Part shown: one piece after another, positions 32,422-44,441 of the stretch | Position numbering within the stretch: position 1 is the first letter of the stretch | Layout: the number at the start of each line of letters is the position of its first letter | DNA from: Deltaproteobacteria bacterium | Lineage (GTDB): Bacteria > Desulfobacterota > Desulfuromonadia > Desulfuromonadales > JAAYDE01 | Assembly: GCA_017552515.1 (NCBI GenBank) | Contig: JAFZPK010000193.1 | Span: forward strand, 1 to 45,045 | Direction of reading: 5' to 3' | Length of the DNA stretch: 45,045 nt | Translations under genes and position numbers: made by a program | Notes under the pieces: generated by a model | What the model was told of the DNA's origin: nothing | What the model saw: the letters and a program-made list of their open reading frames with translations, nothing else | Databases searched by the model: none

Positions 32422-33611
32422 CCGCTGACCTGCCCGGAACAGGGGGCGTCTTCAAATCGCAGGAAGAAGACTTTGTGGTGGAGGAGCTGCCCGCCTACCT
32501 CCCCTGCGGAACCGGCGAGCATCTCTTTCTGCTGGTGGAAAAACAGGGGCTGACCACGCTGGATCTGGTACGGAGGCTGGCGCGCCAATGCAACATCGCC
32601 GAGCGTGACATAGGCTATGCGGGGATGAAAGACGCCCGCGGCATGACGCGGCAGTGGCTGTCCCTTCCGGCATCGGCTGCCCAGGGACGTTTGAGCGAAA
32701 CCAATGACCGTTTCCGTATTTTAAAAACCGCGTTGCACCGCAACAAGCTGCGTATCGGTCATCTGCGCGGCAACCGTTTCCGGATCCTGCTGCGGGAGGT
32801 GGAGGAGCAGGCCTTGCCACACGCGCAGGCCATCCTTTGCGAACTTGCCGTTCGTGGCGTGCCCAACCGTTTTGGCGCACAGCGTTTCGGCGCCCTGAGC
32901 AATACGCACCTCATAGGGCGGGCCCTTCTTGCGGGCGAGTTTGAAAAGGCCGCGCAGGCGATGTTCACAACCGGAGAAAATATCCGGAATCCGCGCTGGA
33001 AGGCCGGAGCGGAACTCTTTGCGGCAGGAAACTTCGAAAAGGCGCTGGAGGTTCTCCCGGAGACCTGCCGCACGGAAAGAAGCGTTGTCAAGGCACTTGC
33101 CCAGGGGAAAACGCCGCGCGCTGCCCTGCTCGCGCTGCCGCAGCGGCTGCTGCGGCTGTACATCAGCGCCTGGCAGTCGGCGATTTTCGACCGGGTGGTC
33201 GAAGCGCGCCTTGATACTCTGGGACAGATTCTGGCAGGCGATCTGGCAATGAAACACGCCAACGGCGCCTGCTTCGCGGTCAGCGATCCCCTGCAGGAGC
33301 AGGCACGCGCCGACGCCTGGGAGATAAGCCCCACCGGTCCCCTGCCGGGAGCAAAAAAGATGCTGTGGGCCACAGAGGCGGCGGGCGCCATCGAACAGAA
33401 AGCGCTGGCAGGAGATAAGGATCTGCTGGAATCATCCGCGCTTCCCGCCGGACTGCGTCCCCTGGGAGAGCGGCGCGCATTGCGGGTACCGCTGGGCGAG
33501 GCATCGGCAGAGCTTGTCTCCGACGGGCTGCAGCTCACCTTCACGCTGCCTGCCGGCAGCTACGCGACATGTGTTGTCGAAGAAGTCATGAAAAGTGCCG
33601 TTGCTTCCTGA
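32412..33611 (+). CDS. truD: tRNA pseudouridine(13) synthase
   Basis: The N-terminus has EDFVVEEL...GEHLFLLVEKQGLTT, the catalytic motif is GYAGMKDARGMTRQW, and NRFGAQRFG is also present. Confidence 0.9.
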   Translation: MWLTADLPGTGGVFKSQEEDFVVEELPAYLPCGTGEHLFLLVEKQGLTTLDLVRRLARQCNIAERDIGYAGMKDARGMTRQWLSLPASAAQGRLSETNDRFRILKTALHRNKLRIGHLRGNRFRILLREVEEQALPHAQAILCELAVRGVPNRFGAQRFGALSNTHLIGRALLAGEFEKAAQAMFTTGENIRNPRWKAGAELFAAGNFEKALEVLPETCRTERSVVKALAQGKTPRAALLALPQRLLRLYISAWQSAIFDRVVEARLDTLGQILAGDLAMKHANGACFAVSDPLQEQARADAWEISPTGPLPGAKKMLWATEAAGAIEQKALAGDKDLLESSALPAGLRPLGERRALRVPLGEASAELVSDGLQLTFTLPAGSYATCVVEEVMKSAVAS

Positions 33612-33778
33612 AAAAGGCAAAATGCGAAAACTTGTGAACCAATGTTTGCCTGTCTTTGCCATTTCACGCTTTATAAAAGCGGAAAAAAATGTTTTATTGG
33701 TCAATGAGTTCAACGGCAACGGGACGGCAATGTGCGCCGCAGTTTCATCATGACCTCCATCCCAGCGCAAAGGATCCT

Positions 33779-34576
33779 ATGCCACACAAGGAAAAAAACG
33801 ATTACCTCATCCAGTCGGTTTCACACGCGCTCGATCTCCTGGAACAGTTTCAGGGGCAGGAACTGGGCGTTACCGAATTAAGCGCCCGTCTCCATCTGCA
33901 AAAGAACCGGGTTTTCCGGTTGCTGGCAACTCTTATGTCGCGCGGCTATGTGGAGCAAAATCCGGTCACGGAAAACTACCGGCTGGGTCTGAAACCGCTG
34001 GGACTGGCCCAGATGGTGATCCGCAACATAGGCCTTTTGGGCCCTTCGCGCGCCATCCTGCGGGAAATCGTTGACGCCTGCGACGAGACCGCCTACATCT
34101 CCACGCTCAAAGACGGTCATATCATCTACCTGGACATTGTGGAAACCACCAATACCGTGCGCGTGGTGCCGCGTATCGGTTTCCGGCTGCCAGCCTACTG
34201 CACGGCGGCCGGCAAGGTGTATCTGGCCTTTGTGGAGGGGCTGGTGGAAAAGCTCTATACAAGAGCTCCCATGCAGGCCTTCACCTCTACAACCATCACG
34301 GCGCTGGACAATTTGAAACTGGAATTGAGCATCATCGCGCGAAGGGGCTATGCCATCGACAACGAAGAGCATGACACCGGCGTCCGTTGCGTCGCCGTGC
34401 CGGTACGCGACTACACCGCCCAGGTCGTGGGAGCCCTGAGTATCTCCGGCCCATCGTCGCGTTTTTCCGGAGAGCGCATCAGCCAGGAACTGGCGCCGCT
34501 TATCCTGCGGGAAGGCGGCAGGCTTTCCGAACAACTGGGATTCAAGCCACCCGCTCCTGCGGGCAATCACTCCTGA
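33779..34576 (+). CDS. IclR-family transcriptional regulator
   Basis: ATG at 33779 gives MPHKEKNDYLIQSVSHALDLLEQF...LGVTELSARLHLQKNRVFRLLATLMSRGYVEQ (winged HTH). The C-terminal effector domain contains GYAIDNEEHDTGVRCVAVPV. Confidence 0.85.
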   Translation: MPHKEKNDYLIQSVSHALDLLEQFQGQELGVTELSARLHLQKNRVFRLLATLMSRGYVEQNPVTENYRLGLKPLGLAQMVIRNIGLLGPSRAILREIVDACDETAYISTLKDGHIIYLDIVETTNTVRVVPRIGFRLPAYCTAAGKVYLAFVEGLVEKLYTRAPMQAFTSTTITALDNLKLELSIIARRGYAIDNEEHDTGVRCVAVPVRDYTAQVVGALSISGPSSRFSGERISQELAPLILREGGRLSEQLGFKPPAPAGNHS

Positions 34577-34603
34577 ACACCGAACAGAAAAAATTTCTGG
34601 AGA

Positions 34604-34642
34604 CAAAAAACCCCGGTAAAAAGTGACCGGGGTTTTGACTTT
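34604..34642. terminator. Bidirectional rho-independent terminator between the IclR gene and rne
   Basis: AAAAAA-CCCCGGT-(8 nt)-ACCGGGG-TTTTGACTTTT (stem 34611-34617 and 34626-34632), with A-run and T-run flanks serving both convergent genes. Confidence 0.6.
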
Positions 34643-34646
34643 TAAG

Positions 34647-36914
34647 CTACGTGGATGGCTCCGGCTCGGAAGCCGGCGTTTCCGCGGAAACATCCTTGCC
34701 TTCCGCTTTCTTCGGTTTGCGCCGGTTGCTGTGCCGCCAACGCGACGAACGCCGCGATGGCGCGCGCTTGACTGGCGGAACCACCGCGGAATCCGGAGAA
34801 GCGGCGGCTTCTTCCACCGCGGCAGGAGCCGGTTCGGCAGGCACCGTTTCCGGGAGGGGAGCTGCTTCCGGCGTTTCCTCCCTGGCGGCCGTTTTCGCGC
34901 TTTTACGGGAGCGACTGCGGGTTCCGCTCCGCTTCCTTCTCCGCGGGGTACGTTCCTCCTCCTGAGTCTGCTCCGTGCCCTTTGCAGGTGCTTCCGAGTC
35001 GGCGAGTGCTCCACTGGCAGCTTCACCCTGAGCTTCCATTGACGTCTCGACGGCTTCAAGAGATGCGGCCGGGGATTCGGACGGCGCCGGCAAGGCCTTG
35101 ACATCCTGGGCCGAGAGGGCCAGCCGTTCTTCCGGGACTGGAAGCTGAAGGGTCGTTACCGCTGCGGCGGCCTCCAGCGAAGACTGCGTCCGGGCGGCAT
35201 CTTCCTCCGGCATTTCCTCTTCAGGATGTTTCTTTTTCTTCGTTTGCGGCGCCGAAGCGCGCGAGGTCTGGGCGCGCTTGCCACGACCGCGCCGTGAAGC
35301 TTTCTTCTTTGGAGCTTCGGTGTCTTCCTCTTTCTCCGGAGCCTGGGGCGCTGACGGCGTCTCCGGCACGGCTGCGGCTGCAACCGCAGACGGAGCTTCC
35401 GCAGTGGCCGCCGTTTCAGGCGTTTCGGCAGACTTTTCACGCTTGGTGATGGAAAGCTCGCAGTAATCCGGCGCCACATCGGCGCGTCCTCTCAGCACGA
35501 TACGCACCTGATGCTGTTGTTCCAGTTCCCGCAAGGCTTCACGCCGCTCGTTGAGCAGGTAAAAGGCGACTTCCAGGGGCGTTTCCACATCCACCAGGCC
35601 CACATCCCCCTTGAAAAGCGCCGCCGTAATCCGCCGCATGATTGCCACAGCCTGCGCTTCCACCCGCCGAATCCGGCCGCTTCCCTGACAGTGCGGGCAA
35701 GGGAGCAGGGACTGCTCGCCCAACATCGGCCGAATACGCTGACGGCTCATCTCCAAAAGACAAAACTTGCTCATGCGGGCAAGATTGATCCGGGCCTTGT
35801 CCTTCTTGGCGGCTTCCTTGAGTTTTTTCTCCACTTCGCGGATATGCGCAGATTCCTTCATATCAATGAAGTCGACGACGATCAGGCCGCCCAGATCGCG
35901 CAATCGCAGCTGCCGGGCTATTTCGGCTGCCGCCTCCAGATTGGTGCGCAGGGCGGTGGCTTCAATATCGTTTTCGGCAATGGTTTTGCCGGAGTTGACA
36001 TCAATGGCCACCAGCGCCTCGGTGGAGTCGATCACGATGGAGCCGCCCGAAGGCAGCGGCACCTTGTTGCGGGAAATGGCGGCAATCTGCTCTTCCAACT
36101 GATAACGGGAGAATATCGGGCGCTGCTCACGGTGGAGTTTCACCAGATCGGCGTAATCCGGCAGGGTGTCACGGAAGAAATCAACCGCTTCCTGATAAAC
36201 CCGCGGGTTGTCCACCAGCACCTGATCCATGTCGACGCTGAAGTAGTCGCGCAAAAAACGGATCACCAGGTTGGATTCCTGATAGATCAGAGCCGGCGCG
36301 CTGCACTGGGAGGCCTTTTCCAGTACCTTTTCGTAAATGCGCCGCAGATAGTCTATATCCTTTTTGAGCTCTTCCTTCTTCTGGCCGATAGCGGCGGTAC
36401 GGATGATATAGCCGACGCTTTCCGGCAAATTCAAAGACTCAATAATCTCCCTCAGTTTCTTGCGCTGCGTCTCGTCATCTATTTTGCGCGAGATGCCGCG
36501 GGCATCACCGTAAGGCATAATCACCATGAAACGCCCCGGCAACGAGATCTCCGTGGTGAGTGCCGCTCCCTTGCCGCTGCGGGCATCTTTGACGACCTGT
36601 ACCAACAGTTCCTGACCCAGATGCAGAATCTTTTCGATGCGGCGAGGCTCGCCTGCGGCCACTTCCGTTTCCGCCGGAAGCGACCGGGGATTGATGTCGC
36701 CCATCTGCAAAAAGCCGGGGCGTCCACCGCCATAGTCCACAAAGGCCGCCTGCAGAGCCGGAACAATGTTGCACACCGTCCCCTTGTAAATGTTGCCACG
36801 GTTCTGTTCGCGGCCGGTAAATTCCACTTCGTACTCAAGCAGCACGCCGTCTTCCACTATCGCCACCCGGCTTTCTTCGGGATGATCGGCGTTGATCAAA
36901 ATTTTTCTTCCCAT
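34647..36914 (-). CDS. rne: Ribonuclease E/G family endoribonuclease (RNase E-like, with a long low-complexity C-terminal tail)
   Basis: The N-terminus is MGRKILINADHPEESRVAIVEDGVLLEYEVEF, followed by an S1 domain (GNIYKGTVCNIVPALQAAFVDYG) and a catalytic core (VIDSTEALVAIDVNSGK). About 270 C-terminal residues are Ala/Pro/Glu/Arg-rich. Confidence 0.9.
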   Translation of the reverse strand: MGRKILINADHPEESRVAIVEDGVLLEYEVEFTGREQNRGNIYKGTVCNIVPALQAAFVDYGGGRPGFLQMGDINPRSLPAETEVAAGEPRRIEKILHLGQELLVQVVKDARSGKGAALTTEISLPGRFMVIMPYGDARGISRKIDDETQRKKLREIIESLNLPESVGYIIRTAAIGQKKEELKKDIDYLRRIYEKVLEKASQCSAPALIYQESNLVIRFLRDYFSVDMDQVLVDNPRVYQEAVDFFRDTLPDYADLVKLHREQRPIFSRYQLEEQIAAISRNKVPLPSGGSIVIDSTEALVAIDVNSGKTIAENDIEATALRTNLEAAAEIARQLRLRDLGGLIVVDFIDMKESAHIREVEKKLKEAAKKDKARINLARMSKFCLLEMSRQRIRPMLGEQSLLPCPHCQGSGRIRRVEAQAVAIMRRITAALFKGDVGLVDVETPLEVAFYLLNERREALRELEQQHQVRIVLRGRADVAPDYCELSITKREKSAETPETAATAEAPSAVAAAAVPETPSAPQAPEKEEDTEAPKKKASRRGRGKRAQTSRASAPQTKKKKHPEEEMPEEDAARTQSSLEAAAAVTTLQLPVPEERLALSAQDVKALPAPSESPAASLEAVETSMEAQGEAASGALADSEAPAKGTEQTQEEERTPRRRKRSGTRSRSRKSAKTAAREETPEAAPLPETVPAEPAPAAVEEAAASPDSAVVPPVKRAPSRRSSRWRHSNRRKPKKAEGKDVSAETPASEPEPST

Positions 36915-37129
36915 ACTCTCCTTTGCGAAACGCCGTTTACCGATTTTTCCGAATCAACTGGAATACCCTCCAAGAGAAATCGGCAAACGCTTCCCTTAAA
37001 TTTTTCTGGATGGACGGGCGCTCTTGCCGGCACTCGTCTCAACGCAAAACGCCCCGTCCGGAAGGCGGAGGCAACCGGCGGAGCGCTTCGACCAATACAA
37101 AACTTGTGTGAAAACCCAAAATTTCTCAA

Positions 37130-37858
37130 TCAACCGCCCAGATAGGCCGCTTTCACATCGGGATCGCAGGCCAGTTGTTCCGAAGGACCCTGCGCAACGA
37201 TTTCGCCTGTATTCAGCACATAACCGCGATGGGCAAACTGCAGCGCGATCCGCGCATTCTGCTCCACCAGCAGAATCGTGATACCGTCCTCCTCGTTGAG
37301 ACGCTTCAGGGCACGGAACTTTTCGTACATGATCACCGGCGCCAGGCCCATGGAAGGCTCGTCCAGCAGCAGCAAGCGGCCGCCGCTCATAAGCGCCCGT
37401 CCTACCGCCAGCATCTGCTGTTCCCCGCCGGAGAGCGATTCGCTCCGCTGTTTGCGGCGCTCGGCCAGCCGGGGGAAGAGATCATAGATCCGCTCCATGT
37501 CGCGGGCAATATTGTCAGTATCCTGACGCGCATAGGTCGCCAGTTTCAGATTCTCCTGCACGGTCAGATTGCCGAAGATGTGCCGTCCCTCCGGAGCAAG
37601 CGTAATATGCAGCTCGGAAACCACCTTGTGCGGCGGCATCTTCAAAATGGACTTTCCCTGATAGATGATATCGCCTTCCGTCACGCGGGGTGCCTCCGGC
37701 GGCGGCAGACGGGTAATGGTGTGCAGCGTGGTGGATTTCCCCGCGCCATTGGCGCCGATAAGCGTGACGATCTCTCCTTCGTCAATGTCGAAGGAGATAC
37801 CGTGCAAGGCCTCGATATTACCGTATTTTACATGCAGATTGCGGACAGAAAGCAGCAT
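37130..37858 (-). CDS. livF: Branched-chain amino acid ABC transporter ATP-binding protein (LivF type)
   Basis: ATG at 37858 overlaps the livG stop (ATGA). It has Walker A GANGAGKST, signature LSGGEQQML and Walker B LLLDEPS. Confidence 0.9.
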   Translation of the reverse strand: MLLSVRNLHVKYGNIEALHGISFDIDEGEIVTLIGANGAGKSTTLHTITRLPPPEAPRVTEGDIIYQGKSILKMPPHKVVSELHITLAPEGRHIFGNLTVQENLKLATYARQDTDNIARDMERIYDLFPRLAERRKQRSESLSGGEQQMLAVGRALMSGGRLLLLDEPSMGLAPVIMYEKFRALKRLNEEDGITILLVEQNARIALQFAHRGYVLNTGEIVAQGPSEQLACDPDVKAAYLGG

Positions 37859-38634
37859 CAGATGTTTTCGTCTCCCAGATAGGCTTTGATGACATTCGGG
37901 TCGGACTGAATAGCTTCGGGCGGCCCCTCGGCAATGGTCCTGCCAAAATCGATAACCTTGATGGACGAGCAAAGGCTCATCACCACCCGCATCTGATGTT
38001 CAATCATCCAGATGGTGAGATCCTTGAATTCCGTCCTGAGCCACCGGATCAGCTGAATCAAATCGCCCACATCGGCGGAGTTGAGTCCGGCAGCCGGCTC
38101 ATCCAGCAGAAGCAGGCGCGGACGTACCGACATGGCGCGGGCGATTTCCACACGCCGCTGCAACCCGTAGGGCAGATTGCGGGGATATTCATGGGCATAG
38201 TCCATCAGGCCCATGCATTCCAGCATTTCATAGGCGTACCTGTCAATCTCGCGTTCCTGCCGCCGGAAACGGCGCGTCCACAAAAAGCAATCCCAGATGG
38301 AGTAGCCCAGGCGATGATGCTGCGATATCCGGATATTGTCCAGCACGGTCATATCCTGCCACAGGCGGATATTCTGGAAGGTACGGGCCATGCCCAGCGC
38401 CGTAATTTCGTGCGGTTTCAACGCCCGTATATCCTGCCCTCCAAACCGGATTGTACCGCTCGTCGGTTTGTAGAATCCCGATGCCAGATTGAACGCGGTG
38501 GTTTTCCCGGAGCCATTGGGACCGATAAGCGCGGTGGCGCTTCCCTCTTCCAGCCTCACGTTGAAATCCGACAAAGCCTGCAAGCCGCCAAATTTTTTGG
38601 TTAAACCACTGATTTCCAGAAGCATAGTGGCCAT
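37858..38634 (-). CDS. livG: Branched-chain amino acid ABC transporter ATP-binding protein (LivG type)
   Basis: It has Walker A GPNGSGKTT, signature LPYGLQRRVEIARA, Walker B LLLDEPA and a C-terminal ...VIKAYLG. Confidence 0.9.
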   Translation of the reverse strand: MATMLLEISGLTKKFGGLQALSDFNVRLEEGSATALIGPNGSGKTTAFNLASGFYKPTSGTIRFGGQDIRALKPHEITALGMARTFQNIRLWQDMTVLDNIRISQHHRLGYSIWDCFLWTRRFRRQEREIDRYAYEMLECMGLMDYAHEYPRNLPYGLQRRVEIARAMSVRPRLLLLDEPAAGLNSADVGDLIQLIRWLRTEFKDLTIWMIEHQMRVVMSLCSSIKVIDFGRTIAEGPPEAIQSDPNVIKAYLGDENI

Positions 38635-38641
38635 CCTTTTC

Positions 38642-39724
38642 TCAGTCTTCCAGCCGCTGGTAGAACTTCTTCAAAAATGGGAAGAAATCGGACAGTTCCT
38701 TTTTCCCCATGAACCCTTCCGGCCGGAACTGCATGGTGAGAATCAGAATCAGCGGCAGCACCACCCACTTCCAGACCTGGCCTATTTCGTAGCTGGCCGG
38801 AACCATATGCAACTGATGAGCCAGCGAATTAAGAGCGGGGATGGCAAAACGCAGGGCCTCGATCAGCAGGGTAAAGACGATGGCCGACAGTACCGACCCG
38901 GAAAGCGAACCCATCCCGCCCAGATAGACCATCACCAGGCATTCGGTGGATTTCAGGATGTTGAACGACTGCGGATTGACATAGCCGTATACATGCGCAA
39001 AAAGCCCACCGGCCACACCCGCCAGTCCCGAGGAAAGCATGAAGGCCACCAACTTCATCTTGTTGGTGTTGACGCTCATAATTTCGGCGGCCACCTCGTC
39101 CTGGCAGATGGCTGAAATCCCCTTCCCATAGGTGGAGGAGACAAAGCGCCGGATTGCCCACACACTCAATATCGTCCCGACAAGCACCAGCACGGGCATC
39201 CAGGGGATGTCCCAGACATCCTCCATGGCACCCACCACCCGTTTCATGCCCTGAAAACCGCGCGGGCCTCCAATAACATCCATATTTTCCAGGCAGGAAA
39301 TGATGATGTAGTTGGCAGCGATGGTGATAATGGCCAGATAGTCGCCCCGGGTCTTGAAAGAGGGAACGGCGACAATCAGGCCGGCCAGAGCCGCCGCCAC
39401 ACCACCGATCAGAATAACCACAGGCACGCCGATAACCGCGAATTCTTCCGGCAGCAAGGCCGGGCCGAACACGCGGTCCTTGGTGAAAAGCAGCACGGAC
39501 AGCACCGACGAGACATAGGCGCCCACACACATGAAACCAGCGTGGCCACAGGAAAATTCTCCCATGTAGCCATTCACCACATTGAGGCTCGTTGAAAGGA
39601 TAATGTTGATGCCCATCAACATGGCAACAGTGGTTACATACTGGTCAACCAACTGAAAGTGCACAGCCAGAACAAAGCCAACAGTTATGGCAAGCAACAG
39701 CGCTTTGAAAGAATATTTTTGCAT
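38642..39724 (-). CDS. livM: Branched-chain amino acid ABC transporter permease (LivM type)
   Basis: The 360-aa polytopic permease sits in the conserved liv gene order. Confidence 0.85.
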   Translation of the reverse strand: MQKYSFKALLLAITVGFVLAVHFQLVDQYVTTVAMLMGINIILSTSLNVVNGYMGEFSCGHAGFMCVGAYVSSVLSVLLFTKDRVFGPALLPEEFAVIGVPVVILIGGVAAALAGLIVAVPSFKTRGDYLAIITIAANYIIISCLENMDVIGGPRGFQGMKRVVGAMEDVWDIPWMPVLVLVGTILSVWAIRRFVSSTYGKGISAICQDEVAAEIMSVNTNKMKLVAFMLSSGLAGVAGGLFAHVYGYVNPQSFNILKSTECLVMVYLGGMGSLSGSVLSAIVFTLLIEALRFAIPALNSLAHQLHMVPASYEIGQVWKWVVLPLILILTMQFRPEGFMGKKELSDFFPFLKKFYQRLED

Positions 39725-39738
39725 AGCGTGTAGTTATT

Positions 39739-40665
39739 TCAAATTTTGGTGGTCTGAGGCATACCGAACATTCCTGTCGGTTTCCACCACAAAATGAGCA
39801 GCAGCACCGAAAAGGCCAGCAGATCCCTCAAGGTTGAGGGGAAAACCGCCACAACGCCTATTTCCACAAAGGCCAGCAGAAAACCGCCCAAAAAAGCTCC
39901 GCGGATATCGCCAATGCCGCCCACCACAGCGGCGATAAACGCTTTCCAGCCAATAATCGCTCCCATGTAGGGATCCAGCACCGGATAGCTCATAACGAAC
40001 AAAAAGCCAGCCAGTCCGGCGAATCCCGACCCCAGAATAAAGGTGAAGACGATGACGTTGTTGATGGGGATTCCCATGAGTGGAATGGCAAATTTGTCGT
40101 AGGAGATGGCCCGCATGGCCATGCCGATTTTCGTGCGCGTCACAATGAAGTGCAGAAGCAGAAACACGCCTATCGCTGCCGCGATGACCAGAATCTTCAA
40201 ATTGGTTACCGAAATGCCACCCAGCGAAAAAACTGTCTTTTCCAGCAGATCCGGAAAGCGTTTGCGGCTTGCGCCCAAAAGCGCCAGATTGCCGTTTTCC
40301 AGCAGGAGACCGCACATCAGCGCCGTAATGACAACGTAGAGCCGGTGGGCGCCCTTCTCACGCAAGGGCCGGTAGGCGATCCGCTCCAGCGCGACGCCCA
40401 CCAGGGATGTCAGTATCATGGTCGCCGGAATGGCCAGCGCCACAATCACCGGGCCCGTAAAGGTACCGGGATCAATGACACCGTAGCTGCCCAGCAGAAA
40501 TGTGGCCACAAAAAAGGCAATGTAGGCTCCAACCATGAAGATGTCGCCATGCGCGAAGTTGATAAGCAACAGCACGCCGTATACCAGCGTGTACCCCAAC
40601 GCAATCAGCGCGTAAAAGCTTCCCCACTGCAATGCGTTAAAAATGTTCTGAAAAAAGATCTCCAC
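39739..40665 (-). CDS. livH: Branched-chain amino acid ABC transporter permease (LivH type)
   Basis: A GTG start at 40665 gives a 308-aa protein. FFQNIFNALQWGSFYALIALGYTLVYGVLLLINFAHGD is a typical LivH N-terminus. Confidence 0.85.
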   Translation of the reverse strand: MEIFFQNIFNALQWGSFYALIALGYTLVYGVLLLINFAHGDIFMVGAYIAFFVATFLLGSYGVIDPGTFTGPVIVALAIPATMILTSLVGVALERIAYRPLREKGAHRLYVVITALMCGLLLENGNLALLGASRKRFPDLLEKTVFSLGGISVTNLKILVIAAAIGVFLLLHFIVTRTKIGMAMRAISYDKFAIPLMGIPINNVIVFTFILGSGFAGLAGFLFVMSYPVLDPYMGAIIGWKAFIAAVVGGIGDIRGAFLGGFLLAFVEIGVVAVFPSTLRDLLAFSVLLLILWWKPTGMFGMPQTTKI

Positions 40666-40688
40666 CGCTCTTCCCTGGAAAAACGTTT

Positions 40689-40724
40689 GCCGGGCTGCGG
40701 TACAGAAAGGAAGCGCAGCCCGGC
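40689..40724 (-). terminator. Intercistronic 11-bp GC hairpin between the binding-protein gene and livH (partial terminator or mRNA stabiliser)
   Basis: GCCGGGCTGCG-(14 nt)-CGCAGCCCGGC (arms 40689-40699 and 40714-40724), followed on the minus strand by AAACGTTTTT. Confidence 0.4.
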
Positions 40725-40740
40725 GTCCATTATAAGTATA

Positions 40741-41904
40741 TTATTCTGTCGGGCAGACCTGCTCGGTAAAAACGAACTTGCCCTCTTCGTTAATACGAAC
40801 CACAACCGCGCACTTGATCGGATCGCCCTGATCGTTGAACTTCATGTTGCCCGTAATACCGTTAAACTCGGGAATCGCCGCCATGGCGTCACGAATCGCC
40901 TTGCGCTCCTCTTTCAGCTTGGGATGTACGGCCCCCACATCCTGGATCGCCTTGAGAACAATATGAGTGGCATCCCAGGTCAGGGCCGCAACATCGTCAG
41001 GCACATAACCGAATTTGGCCGTAAAACGATCGATGAACTCCTTGGTTGCGCCGGTAGCGCCAGCGGCCGCATAGTGGGTGGAAAAATACTGGCCTTTGCA
41101 GCCATCACCACACAGATCCATCAGTTCCGCAGTTCCCCAGGTATCGGAACCCATGAACGGTCCCTTCCAGCCCAAATCGTGAGCCTGGCGGACGATCAGA
41201 GCCACCTGGTTGTAGTTATCCGGCAAAAAGATGAAATCCGGTTTGGCCGCGATGATCTTGGTCAGCTGGGCGGAAAAATCCTGGTCCTTCGTCCCGTGGG
41301 ATTCAAAAGCGACCACTGTGCCCTCGCCCATCTTCTTTTCCCATTCGTTGCGGAAAATTTCGGCCAGGCCTTTTGAATAGTCATTCGAAATATCGAAGAT
41401 AACCGCGGATTTTTTGGCCTTAAACGTTTTGGCCGCAAAATTGACCGCTACCGGTCCCTGGAAGGGATCCAAAAAAGCCGCCCGGAAAACCCATGGCCGG
41501 TCCAGCGTACAATCCGGATTGGTGGACCACGGCGAAATCATCGGCGTGTGGTTGTCATCGCAGGTACCGCCAGCCGGCACCGCCTGTTTGGACGAGTTGG
41601 GGCCAACAATTGCCAGAACCTCGTCGCGCTCAATCATCTTCAGGGCGACGTTAACCGCAGATTCCGCCTTGGATTCGTTGTCCTCGTAGATGAAATCCAG
41701 CAGATATTTCTTGCCGCCGACTTCCAGCCCGCCTTTGCCGTTGATGTCGGCCTTCAGCATCTCCGCCGCATTGCGGGAAGATTCTCCCACCTTGGGGATG
41801 TCGCCGGTCATGGGCAGATTGAAGCCGATCTTCAACGAATCGGCCGCCCACGCAGCGCTTCCCAACATTGCGACAGCACCAATCACCATGCCCCATTTCT
41901 TCAT
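40741..41904 (-). CDS. ABC transporter substrate-binding protein, Leu/Ile/Val-binding (LivJ/K) family
   Basis: ATG at 41904 follows an AAGGAGG RBS. It has a signal peptide MKKWGMVIGAVAMLGSAAWA and a type-I periplasmic binding fold with LKIGFNLPMTGDIPKVGES. The ORF-track start at 42084 lies inside topA. Confidence 0.9.
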   Translation of the reverse strand: MKKWGMVIGAVAMLGSAAWAADSLKIGFNLPMTGDIPKVGESSRNAAEMLKADINGKGGLEVGGKKYLLDFIYEDNESKAESAVNVALKMIERDEVLAIVGPNSSKQAVPAGGTCDDNHTPMISPWSTNPDCTLDRPWVFRAAFLDPFQGPVAVNFAAKTFKAKKSAVIFDISNDYSKGLAEIFRNEWEKKMGEGTVVAFESHGTKDQDFSAQLTKIIAAKPDFIFLPDNYNQVALIVRQAHDLGWKGPFMGSDTWGTAELMDLCGDGCKGQYFSTHYAAAGATGATKEFIDRFTAKFGYVPDDVAALTWDATHIVLKAIQDVGAVHPKLKEERKAIRDAMAAIPEFNGITGNMKFNDQGDPIKCAVVVRINEEGKFVFTEQVCPTE

Positions 41905-41987
41905 ACCGTCAAACCTCCTTGCAAAAAAAATTGTGTTTCCTCTCCAACCTAATCTTTCCCTATACCACATCATGAGGGAAATATGCT

Positions 41988-44306
<2,319 letters not shown>

Positions 44307-44332
44307 AATTCGCTCTATCCGCACTGCAATAA

Positions 44333-44362
44333 TTATAAAAAAGCCACGGTCTTCACCGTGGC
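44333..44362 (-). terminator. Rho-independent terminator downstream of dprA
   Basis: GCCACGGT-(4 nt)-ACCGTGGC (44343-44350 and 44355-44362), followed on the minus strand by TTTTTTAT. Confidence 0.6.
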
Positions 44363-44441
44363 CATGTCGTCAACAAATTCCCCTCTGCGCGCCCATTCAT
44401 AACACCACGCCCGGTTTTCAAGCCCGTTTTAACTTACTTAC

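Noticed and set aside
33878-37145. Long alternative-frame ORFs around the IclR gene and rne (408 aa minus, 544 aa plus, and several Arg-rich 100-aa frames in 34650-35480).
   Set aside because: They are products of the low-complexity GC-rich sequence encoding the RNase E tail and of antisense frames. They have extreme Arg/Pro composition.
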